From Owenia fusiformis (taxonomy: Eukaryota), in contig CAIIXF020000001.1 of NCBI GenBank assembly GCA_903813345.2, positions 16,244,001 through 16,308,000 on the forward strand: a DNA stretch of 64,000 nt, given 5' to 3'. Of this stretch, positions 15,501-27,500 are shown piece by piece. The position numbers and the translations under genes are program-made. Under the pieces are notes generated by a model. It searched no databases and was not told the DNA's origin. It saw only the letters and a list, made by a program, of their open reading frames with translations. Positions within the stretch are counted from its first letter, which is position 1. Every line of letters begins with the position of its first letter.

Positions 15501-18500
15501 GTGCTAGGTCAGCAAGCCATCTGTGTTCTGTTGCACTTAAATTAGCCTTTTCCAGGTGAGTTAGTGGGTTATTATCTGTGAATACAATCACTTTTTGTCC
15601 AATGAGGTAATCTTTAAGTTTTTCTGTCACTGCCCACTTGAGGCCTAATAGCTCCAACTTCCGTGAACTATAGTTCTGCATATTCCGCTCACTGGGCCTG
15701 AGTTTCCTGTGAATATATGTTATTACTCTAGGTTTAGCTGGAATGGGGTCCTGTTGTTGTAGAAGACAGCCTCCTATTCCTCGCAAGCTAGTGTCTATAT
15801 CCAGTATAAATTCCATGTTGAAGTCTGGGAATCCTAATATGGGTGCAGTGGTCAGCAATTCTTTGAGTTTCAGAAAAGCTGTTTCACATTCAGCAGTCCA
15901 TACAACATCATATCTCTTCCTCTTGTTGTAGTCTTTGGGTATCAAACTGAAGAGAGGTGAGGCAACAGCAGAAATTCCAGGAATATACCTCCTGAAGTAT
16001 CCAACACCACCCAGAAAACTTCTAACCTCTTTAACTGTCTCCAATTTAGGCCAGTTGATTATCTCCTTCACTTTATCTGGGTCTACAGCAACTCCCTCTG
16101 CTGAAACAACATGTCCCAAGTACTTGATGCGCTCCATTAGAAACTGGCACTTCGCTGGCTTGCACCGAAGACCGGCTTTGGCGAGTCTACAGAACACGTC
16201 ATCAAGTTTCTGAAGATGCTCCTCAAATGTCTTTGAGTACACTACTATGTCATCCAAGTAGCATAGAACAGAATCAAACATCAGTTCACCTAGGGTACAC
16301 TGCATCAGTCTCATAAAACTAGCACCTGCATTTACTAGTCCAAATGGCATACGCGTCCACTCAAACAGTCCAAAGGGTGTTGTTATAGCAGTTTTCTCCT
16401 GATCCTGTTCATCCATCCTAAGTTGGTGATAGGAACTTGCGAGATCCACACAGGTGAAATATTTACTATTGGCCATTGAATCTAGACTTTCTTCAATTCG
16501 TGGCAGAGGAAAGCTATCTCGTACAGTGTTGGCATTGAGTTGACGAAAGTCACAACATACCCTTAGTTGGCCATTGGGTTTATGCGCTATTACTAATGGT
16601 GAAGCATATGGGCTTGTACTGGATGTCAGAATTCCTTTGTTCAACAATTCCTTAATGTGTTTCTTCACATCCTCAAATTGAGATGGCTGGACCCTTCTAT
16701 ATGGTTGTCTTACAATCTTATTAGGATCCTTCAGCATAATCCTGTGTTTTACATTCTCTGCCTGAGTACATCCAAGATCGTATTCGGATTTGGCAAACTG
16801 ATCATGATGTTTCATTAACAGATCAATTAGTTGTGTCCTCTCTGCTGGTTCGATGTCAGTTCTGTCCTGTAATTTCTCTACCATGACATCAAAATCAGAG
16901 GTGTCTCGTGTTAATCCCGAGTTCTCTAGGGAAATAATCATTGCCTGACCAACCACAAGAACTTCTACCTCTGGTGCTCTGGGGTCCTCAACTGCCGTAA
17001 CCTGTTGAAGTTCACCAACTTTCATTCCTTGCTTTAATACCACATCCTGGTTGCTGATGTTAGTCACAGGGCAAGGGAATACTTTCGCAGCTCCGTTAAT
17101 CAAGGTGTCCCCAATGAATAATCCACAAGGCAATGGAGATTGATTTTGCTCAATCAAGCCAGCTTCATTAGAGAATGAGCGACCCTTCACTGGAACAACT
17201 GTAGTTGTCCCTGCCTTGATAACCATCGGCATTGACAAGGTCACATTACTCGTCTGCTGCTGCACATTCTCCAAAGCCAGGTGTTCATTCACTTGGAAAT
17301 CAAGAGTATTTCCTTGTTGAGGTATTGCAGAAAATAGATCAGGACATTCCCTTATGATGTTCATTCCAAGAATTAGGGGGACATCCCTTTTCCTTCTCAG
17401 TGATTCTCCATTCACTGGGTCCTGGACTATCAAAATTCCTCTATCCTTTGTGGTACAGCGTCCGACTTCAACATCACACTCAAAATACCCTAGAATATCG
17501 ATAGGTATGTCATTGGCTGCGACAACTTTCAAAAAAGAAGGCTTCCTGGACATTTCCTCTCCCCAGTGTTTCACATAGAACTCCCTGGTCATGGTACTGA
17601 TGTTGGAGCCCGTGTCCACCAGTCCTGTTACCAAGACACCATCTACTCGCACCCCAACCTTCGGAGTCCCAGCTGAAAATCTGTCAAGATCTTTCTCCAT
17701 CGCTGTTAGCTCCGAGGACTGCTGATTCTTCTGGTATGTGTTGTGGGGGCAGCCTGCAGCAAAGTGCCCCTCCTCCCCACATATAAAACAAGTTGTTTTC
17801 TTTTTAGGTGTCTTTGTAGTTGCTGGAGTGGTCTTCTCCTGAGCTTGTCTCTCCTTAATGGCTTTCAATTCCTTAGCCTGCTCAGCTATTTTATGATTCA
17901 ATTCCTTCATCATCTTCACCATCTCCGCCATCTCGGGACTGTTTCTGATGGTGTGCTCTTTCACAGTCGTTCTCACCTCAATGTCTTCATCTTCCATCAA
18001 CACCACAGCCTCATCGCGCAACTCGATGAAAGAAGAATATACCCTATCTCTTCTCATTTTCTTCAGCTCTCTCCGCAAAGCTGAGTCATCCACTCCATTA
18101 ATAAATTGTTCCATTAAAACTTTATTTTCATCTACTTGGTGGTCTTTCTGTCGTATCCTGGCCATTAAAGCTAGTAGTTTATGGGAGAATGCCCTAAGTG
18201 ACTCTGTAGATTCTTGTTTGCACTCATAAAACTTCCCATACAGGTAAGCAGCAGATTTTTTCTCACCAAAGACATCTATCAGTATTTGTAAAATAGACTC
18301 TGCAGATTCCTTCTCCATGTTTGATCTATACCTCAGCTCCTCCCTAGCTGCACCTTCCAGGTTGCTTATAATAAAATCAGTTTGTTGCCCATCAGACCAT
18401 GTTCTAGCTTTCAACATTGATTTTATTTCCTCGACAAAACGCACAACGTCTCCCGTTCCGTCAAACTTGTCTATTTTTCTCTCTTTGGGAGCATATATCA

Positions 18501-21500
18501 CTTTAGTCACTGCTGATTTTGTGTCCTTTAATCTTTGCACCTCTTCTTGGAGCTTAAGATATTCTTTCCTTGAAGGGGAATCTTTCATGTCCCCTAAACA
18601 CTTAACTAGGCTTTTACGCGGAGTTGGGTGCTTATATGGTGATCCTCCTTCCGCCATTGTATAGATTATCAGGTTATGACTCTACATAGATTACAAGACA
18701 TGAACCAATCAAACTAACAGACATGGAGTTGAAATGGCCCTAAAATGCATGAATACAGGTAAACATCTCTCAAAAACCTTACCAGTTACATATACCCGTA
18801 CCCAAATTATCATGAGCAGCCTTCTTGAAAATTTTAATCCAGCATAACATTAAAAGTATCTTCAGAAATTTCTAAGTTAGAAGTATAATCTGATATTGAG
18901 CATAATGTGTTACACTGTACCTCAGTATGTTAAAGGCTCTAATGGGCACTGATATGTGAAGTTTCACTTTTATTGATCATCTATGGAATATATATTTAAT
19001 TCTCACGCCCTATATCAAACATTCTCAAGTGAAGCACATATAACCTATTATTGAAATGTGAATTACAATAGTACATGTATATAAAATATATTGCTTATTT
19101 TACAAAGGCACTCTTTGATATTCAGCCCCAACTGCTCTCTGCAACATTCTGTATACACAACACACTGTGTAGTATGACTAATATTGTATTCAGAATAGAA
19201 TGATTCTCTGGCAGCAAAAGTTAATATTTAGCATCACCTGCTATCTGCAACATTTTTATACACAACACACTGTGTAGTATGACTAATATTGTATTCAGAA
19301 TAGAATCATTTCAAGTGGCAACACACTGCCTCAATATGACACATTTTAATTGGTGATTTTCCTTCTCCTTCCAAGATGTCAATTTCACACTCTATTACTT
19401 GGGATCTCCACATAAATTACGTTGCGAATCCCCTCCCTGCTATCATTGAACGTAAGCGTCTGCTGACGAATGTTGAATATTACACCAGATGTCCCCTGTT
19501 ACCCTTGTCACTAGTTCCAATAGGCTGTAGTTAACATCTGACACCACTGTGGCCAAGTGCGGTATAGTTGGGCATATAAACACAGATAATATACGTAATT
19601 GTTTTGGTTGACGTAGTTTATTTCAACTGTGACATGTGTGTGTGACAAAAAAGGGCAACAGGATTGATCCTGCAAATACAGAAACAAAATATTATATAGA
19701 AACCTCACATTCTAAATTCCAGTAAAAGTACAAATAGTTACTACTTGATCTTATTTGACATGCTTTGAGCTATACTCTTTCACTCAACTATGGCGTATCC
19801 TACTCTTAAAAAAATGACATTACCCTATCGAAATGTCCATAAAATCTACTAAAATGCCATGTATAAAGGAATATATACGAATGTATAATTTACCCATGGA
19901 AACTCAAACAAATGCAGTCATCCGACCTAGTCGATCATAGACACCTGTCCACACCCATGAAACCATGCACTGCTTGTCTCCCTAAAATACACATGGAATA
20001 ATGGTAAGTATGTACAAATGTCCATACCTTAATGGAAATCCATTAACCTGTACACCTAGCATGGATAACAAATGTTAACAAACCTAGCTTATACACTGTT
20101 GTAAGTTGATTTGTACTAAAACTGACACAATGATGAAATAAAATAAAAACATAAGTCTTGTACACTGTACCTTGCTATAAAATGACCTACAGAATATCTA
20201 CTAAATGTGATATTCTATGAAATGGAACGATTATATAAATGACGATCTACATGTACATACCAGGTTAGTGCTATACTATACTTACAATATACAGTATACC
20301 ACTGGTGTAGATCCCTGACCAAATGTTCTATGTTCACAAGTATGGACCCTCAGAACATCATAACACTCATAACTCTGGATGGAGTATTACTCTAGTATGG
20401 ATCCCTATACTGGATGTAGCCTTAACTCTAGTACAGATCCCTAAAACATCATTACAAATATTCTCACCAGTATGGAAACTCTACATTAATCCATATAAAA
20501 TCCATACAAACATCAAAATGTATGACCTGAATCACCCAGATTGCATTGAAATAGTATATTACACTTGAAGATAGATATAAAATGATAGGTGTTATGTAAT
20601 GTGAACTTATTCAAGATATCCAAGGACATGCAGGAAAAATGAGCTTGAGATAAACCCATGCAAAATGGCATAAAAAGTACACAAATATATAGTGGATATA
20701 ATAGCATGTCCGAAATAGACACCAAAATGTCATCCTATGCTAGTAATGTAAAGATATTATCATTTTTCCAAAATAAAAGCCATGTGCGAATGAAAATGCA
20801 GACTCCGCACCGGAAAGAGATCATTAGAACATGAATTGGCACAGAAATATAGTTTATTCCAACGATTGCAGCGCCACCAGCGTTCTTCTTGCGAACTAAC
20901 TGGGGACCTGTCATTATTACGTAGCACTGTGGCATGTCACTTTGCCACATACATTTCAACGTTTTTCAACCGAATGTCATACATTTCAAGGTATGTTCAA
21001 TCCAATTGAACATTTTAAGGTACACGTATGTTCAACCCAGTATCATACATTCCAAGTATTTTTTTAAAATGTTGTCATTGACTACTTTTCATTGACATTT
21101 GACTTTACAGTTGAGCTCTCAGTGACTGATAAACTGATATGAAAACTTAGTATTTATTTAAAATTCAGCATTTACACACAATTTTCATTCAATTTGAAAA
21201 AACACTGTTTGTGCCTTATGTATTTTCATTCACACTTCAGCAACTTATGATTATTATTAAATTAGTAATTTAACTTTTGTTATAGGACTTTGATGTTGGT
21301 AAAACATATAAGAAAAAGGTGATTCTGACGAATGTCTCCTACACTGTGAACTACTGCAAGCTTTTGGGTATTACTGAACACCTCAAAGACTTCATTGAAA
21401 TAGTGTGAGTACATCAACATGAAAAAGTGTGAACATTATAGCTTCAAAATTGTATTTCTTGAAATGAAAACACAAATTAATGTTATATTTTTATTTGATT

Positions 21501-24500
21501 GATTCCAAAGGTACCACTTTTGTATTGCAGATTTGACCCCCCAGGCCAAATGTCAGCTGGATTAACTTGTGAGATGCTTGTCACCTTCAAGCCAATGGTA
21601 AATATTTCATTCATTGTCTCTTATGTGCTATTTACTGTTCTATATATGTTTCTGAAGTTACATTGAGTATCACAAAACATCCTTACATTTCATCTTTTTG
21701 GCTTCAAGACTGTATATGTGCCCGGACTTCAGGTCTGCAATGTGTGGAATGTGGAAAGAGGTAGTTTGTGGGTTTTGGTACCAATTGAAAATACAGTAAG
21801 TAGATTTGTTATAAAATTTTATACAATATTACATGAACATCTATGTTTACAGATCAATGAAGATTTAGAGGGCACAGTGGACTTCCTGGCTCAGACTGGA
21901 CCTTTTGCCATTCCACTTGTTTGCACTACTAAGAAATGTGATGTAAGTTGAATTGTTTGTGTATGTTATGCATTAAAAAATCATAATACATGTATAGGGA
22001 AATAACAAAAATCTAGAAATATGCAAGTTTTGCTTTTAAATTATTAACAATATTTGACTGTCAATGGCTGAGAGTTATTTCTGGTGAACACTTGGTTAAA
22101 TATTGTTTTATTTTCAGTTGTCCGTGGACACAAATCTTGTTGACTTTGGTACAACTGTGATAGGTGAGACAATGAAACAAACCATTACACTGACCAACAA
22201 TGGGGCGCTGACAACAGGCTTTGAATTCATCAAGTTAACAGGGATGAAGCCAAGGACTCTCACATCTGCGGCAACATCATTGGGGAGATTGGTGAGAAAC
22301 TAAGCCATTTGTTTTATGATGTCACAATTGAGTTTAAATATTGATAAATGAGTCCAGCTGTCAATCAAAATTTAAGAACTCCACATTGTACTCAAAATCC
22401 ATAGAGATAACATGTTAACATGAAATATCTAGAGTACACACTAAATATCATTTTGAATAATATTTCTGTCCTCAAGCATCCAAAGATAAACATATTTAAT
22501 TTTGAACTTATATTAATTCTATACTTAAATTTAATATATACATTTACATGTATTAACATAATTATAGGACTATGTTATATATGGTTTTTGCTGTTTAATG
22601 TTAGCAATAGTTAAGTTCTTTTGCACATTTTTATTAAAACAAGACTGAATAATTGCTGTTTTCTCTGGAATTTATGAGGTAACCTTTTATTGTGTTAGAA
22701 CCTATGGTACCTCTAACCTCTTTGACATTATAACATTATTATTTTGATTCAAGTCAGTTTGATATGACTTATCACTAAAAAAAACTCTCAGGATTAAAAA
22801 TTAAATAATGTTGTGTGTTATAGACTACTGCAGAGACCAGTGAAGGTGAACCAGAGGAGCAGCCTCCCAAATCACAAGGCAAAGGCTCTAAGAAAAAGTT
22901 GGAGACTAAGAAGAAACGAGAAGATGAGGAAGATGGTATGTCGGCATAAATCTTTTTATTTATTTGTAATATGGGATATGAATGGTATCCTTACATGTAT
23001 GAAAGCACCAAATGGACCCCAAGGTTTTCCTTGACCATGAAAAGATCTTGTCATTAAAATCAAAATAAAATAAGATCCAATCATTCAATTCAAGTCAAAT
23101 AAAAGATATGATTTTTAGATTTTTCTCCGAATGGTAGATGAAGTTCCTTACTACACTTGTTATATATGTTATTATATAGGATGAGAAACTGCTAATGACA
23201 ACAATATTTAAAAAACGTTCAAATCAAAATGCACTAAGTTTAGCAATAATTTAATAAATTAACATTTTATCCTTGCAGAGAAAGTGCCTGAGAACCTATC
23301 ACAAGCGTTGCCCACAACAATCCCCAGTGAGAACCAGACCCAAGCTGCATCCTTGATGACTGACAACCGTGAGCTGACAGGCTCTAAGGACACATTGACC
23401 ACAGAGGTGACTACTAGCAAGTTCCAGAGCATGGAGAGCCTCACCTCTACTGGGATTGAGGCAGCTGCAGCTGCTGTTCCTGAGCTACCTAGAGTTGATG
23501 AGAGTATGTAGTTTGAATTGTTTCTGATTTCAGCATCTCCTTCTTAGAAGTAATGTAACAATAACACATGTATAGTATAGTATGAGATGAAGTGCAAGCT
23601 CAAAAAGTTCTCTAAAATATTTTTTTTTTTATTATTGTAAGATATATTCATTGTGTTTTATTATTTGCTGTAGATGAGCTTATAAACCTCTCCCTTATAA
23701 TAAATGTAGGTATTAATTGAATGAAGTCTGTATTTTTATGACGATTTAATACTTAATAAACAGGATTCAAAATTTATGGTTGTATAAGTATCTGTAAAAT
23801 CAATAATGACATCATAATGTTTTCCATCATCTCTGATAAAAATTATTTAGAAATCGAAATATCCTGGTATTGTTATTTTTGTAGTTCCAAGTGCTCTGGA
23901 GAGACCTGTAACAGAAGAGGATGAATATGCGACTCTTGATGGAATGAAAATTGGAAAGGTATCACATAATTATGACACATACACCTATGGAGTCAAGATT
24001 ATTGACATACACTTTTACAGGGGTTTCACTAAAATTTCTCTTAACAGGCTAAATAAAAAGTTAAGTTGAAAAGTCCCAAAACAACAGGCTATTTTGTGAA
24101 AACAACCGGTGAAAATCGCCTGTTGCTCATGAAATCCCTGTTTTAATTACAATTTGGATGAATAAATCAAGATTTGAATGGTTTAGGATAAGTTCAGGCA
24201 ATATTGCTGTAAAATTATAGATGTCTCCAACTTCAATTCTTCATTGTAATAAATGTATTGTTGTTTCTACCAATTTTATTTGAGACAAGATTTTGTTAGA
24301 TTGCTGTCTTACAATGTCTGCTGATGAAATCTCATTTCACTGTGCATGAGATAAAGTAATTTCTACCAAAGTCTAGTTATGTCACCACCAGAAGAAGTGA
24401 CAAATAGTTATAGTTTCCAACTTTTTTATGGATGATGTTTGGTGGTCAGAGTTCGGCAACCAGTGTCTGGCAGGTGGTGACATTTTGCACTTTAATGCCT

Positions 24501-27500
24501 TGTTTTTATTGTGCTAAAGATTCAATTGTTTTCAATGTCTACTCTTTACTGTAATTGCATTCTACAACCCTGTCAGATTACCCATTTTTTACTCAGTTGT
24601 TCAGTGGTGAAGTGAAGCCATTCTCATCTGTGAAACTAGAGATAATCTGGCAACCCCTAGTGCCTCAGGCCAGTAAGGTGGATTTCCTCATAACATTTAC
24701 AGATCAGGAATCAGATGATGTGAGTACTAGTTAACATTACTGCATATTTCCTGTTAATTCTTAGTCATAATGGATTTTTAAATGAATTTTAATTATTCCT
24801 GACATTTTGATTTAGAAATTTAAATTCCCAGTTATTTTTTATATATTACTATTTATTCAAAATTATTTATTCAAAAATATTCAAAATAAGTTGAGGACTA
24901 CTTACATGTGAACACTATACTAGTACAGATGTTTTACTGTACTCTTTGTGGTTTCAGATCCCAATCCAAGCAGTAAGCAATGCTATTGATGTACCAGTGT
25001 GGGTGGAGAGACAGAATGTTGACCTAAAAATCTGCATGTTTGACAGACTCTACCAGGACACAATTGTTGTGAATAACAGGTATAGTTATGGTTGCTATTA
25101 AATTATCATCACTTTAAATTGTACAGTACGATTTGTAATGCAAGTATTAGAAATTCTTGATTAGTAGTTCTGCTTTTTTGGGCGTAAGAAATGATAAAAT
25201 TATTTGTTCTGACTAAATGTTTCAATTCCTTTTTCCCAGATGAAAGTAAACCAGAAAGAAAGAATATTTAATATCTCAGTATATTCATATATGTTCAATA
25301 TACAGTATAGTTGTTTTGTTTGAGATAACCCGGGGTAATAAGAACTTGTATGTTTTATATTTAACAGGGCAACCACTGCTCTGAAGCTGACATTTGAAGT
25401 ATGTAAGGAACTGAGGAACCATCTTGAGCTCCTTCCCAAGACTGGTTACATACAGGCACAGTCTCAGTTCTCTGCTCAGTTAAAGTTCTGGCCAAGGTAG
25501 GTGTTAAAAATGTTATTCAATGATTGAAGTATGATACAAAAAACAACATGCCCTTGTGAAGTGTATATTAGTCAGCAGCTTGGTGCCTTGTGAAATACAG
25601 ACTTTCTCAAGCACAATATTTTCTTATTTTACTTGAATCATTAAATCTTATAACATCAGGTTTTTTGTCATTAAAAATATTAAAACTAACAACAGCAATG
25701 GATGTTTCTTGTTTCATTTTGTGTGGGAATTTGGCTTGAAGCAAATGTCTGTCTCCCTTATATTTACCAGTACATGTAATCACAATCCATCATAATTTTA
25801 AATTGGTTTTCAGACACAGCCTGTTTGAGGACGGAGGGAAGTACTTTGACAAGGAAACTGGGGTCCTTGAGGCTCCTATGACTATTCGTGTAGCAGGACA
25901 GACCAGGCCAGTCCCCTTTGTTGTCCATGCTGTAGTCACTAACACAGACCTACAGTTTGACACTACTGACATTGACTTCGGCCACTCTACTATCTATGAG
26001 TCTGTGAAACACACTGTGAAGCTCACAAATCATTCCATCTTAGCCCAGCAGTTTGGGTTTGTGGGGCTCCCGCAGGTAAACACATTTATTTGGGTCCTTT
26101 CAATGGACCTTGGATTTTTTGTCCAGTGGTCTTCAGTCATGTGTTGTGATGATATGTGGAACATATAACTTCACATGTTCACTTTAATCCAAGAATGTAT
26201 TGTGTTTCCCTTTGGATCATTATCCCAACGAACGAAGTTCGGTAGGGATATAGTGAAGCCCTCCGTCCGTCCGTCAGTCAGTTCGTCAGTCCATCCGTCC
26301 GTCTGTCCGTCCGGAAGATAACTCAAATATTAGTTCACAGATTTTCTTCATATTTAGTGGAAAGATGTATATTGGTGAATAGTTTTACGCAAAAAAGATG
26401 GCCGCCGCTTTAAAAATGACGGGACTTTTTCGCAAAAATCATAAATTTTTCATTCTAAACCAAAGTAATTAATATTATTGTTTGAAATTTTGGTAGTATA
26501 TTCACATCATCTATCTATTTCACATATATTCCGTGTTTTTCATCCTGACCCCCAGGGGCCGTATATGGGGGGTCAGGAAAACAGAAATTTTCGCTTATTT
26601 TTAGATTTTTCTGAAGTATAACTTTATTATACTCAAATTAAAGGCAATTAAGAGTAGATTGCAAATATTGTATTTTTTTCTGATTCGAGCTTCGTAAAAT
26701 TCAAAATGGCCGTCTAATGTACAATTTCGCAATAATTTTTCGATCCCTTCAAAGTATGGCTATATTATACTCAAATTGATGGAATTTTGGAGTAGATCAC
26801 AATTATGGTATTATTTTTCAGATTTGTACCTCAGAAAATTCAAAATGGCTGCTTTGCAGGAATTCGCAATTCTAAAATCTAAATTTTTCAATTTTAACCA
26901 AAGTAATGAGTATAATTGATTGGAATTCGGTAATTGATATTTTGTTCGTTGAGATTTGCTACTCCGCGGAGTTGCCGTTATCTAGTTCGTTTACTCAGAC
27001 ACTTGATGTGGAAACATCACACGAATGGCTCATGTTTCTTTGTTCCAGTATGTGGATGTGCAGCCTAATGATGGCTTTGGGACTCTGTTACCCTTAGAAA
27101 CCATTGAGCTGGATATTATATTCAGTCCAAGCAAGGCCAGAGACTACAACTTTGAACTCACCTGCAAATCTCTTATCAACAGGTAAAAACTATAAAGTGA
27201 TGTGTACAGGGTGTTTCATAATTAATAAATTTCTGGAATTCAGAAGTATCCTGGAATCTATTTGTAGAACATGTAATTCCCAATGAAAGTTTTTCCAAAC
27301 ATAGTTTCAAATCCTCTGCTATACAAATTCTCGACTTTATTTCTTCAGAGAATTCAAGATCCAGTGTAAAGGTGTTGGAGTTCACCCACCACTGGAGCTC
27401 TCCCAGCAAGTAGTTCACTTCAAAGCTACTGCTCTGAATGACGTCTCTACAACATCGCTACATGTCATCAACTCTCATACCAGTATGAACGAGTTCACAC

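Larger units (their letters stand above)
10932..20949 (-). mobile_element. Full-length Ty3/Gypsy LTR retrotransposon (10,018 bp)
   Basis: Two near-identical LTRs with TGTGGC...GCCACA ends; 4-bp TSD TACA (10928-10931 and 20950-20953); PBS, PPT and a single Gag-PR-RT-RH-IN ORF in Gypsy domain order. Removing the element and one TSD restores a normal minisatellite unit. Confidence 0.97.

Noticed and set aside
24018-24140. Small hAT-like MITE (CAGGGGTTTCA ... TGAAATCCCTG)
   Set aside because: TIR is short and no 8-bp TSD is present; too weak to call.
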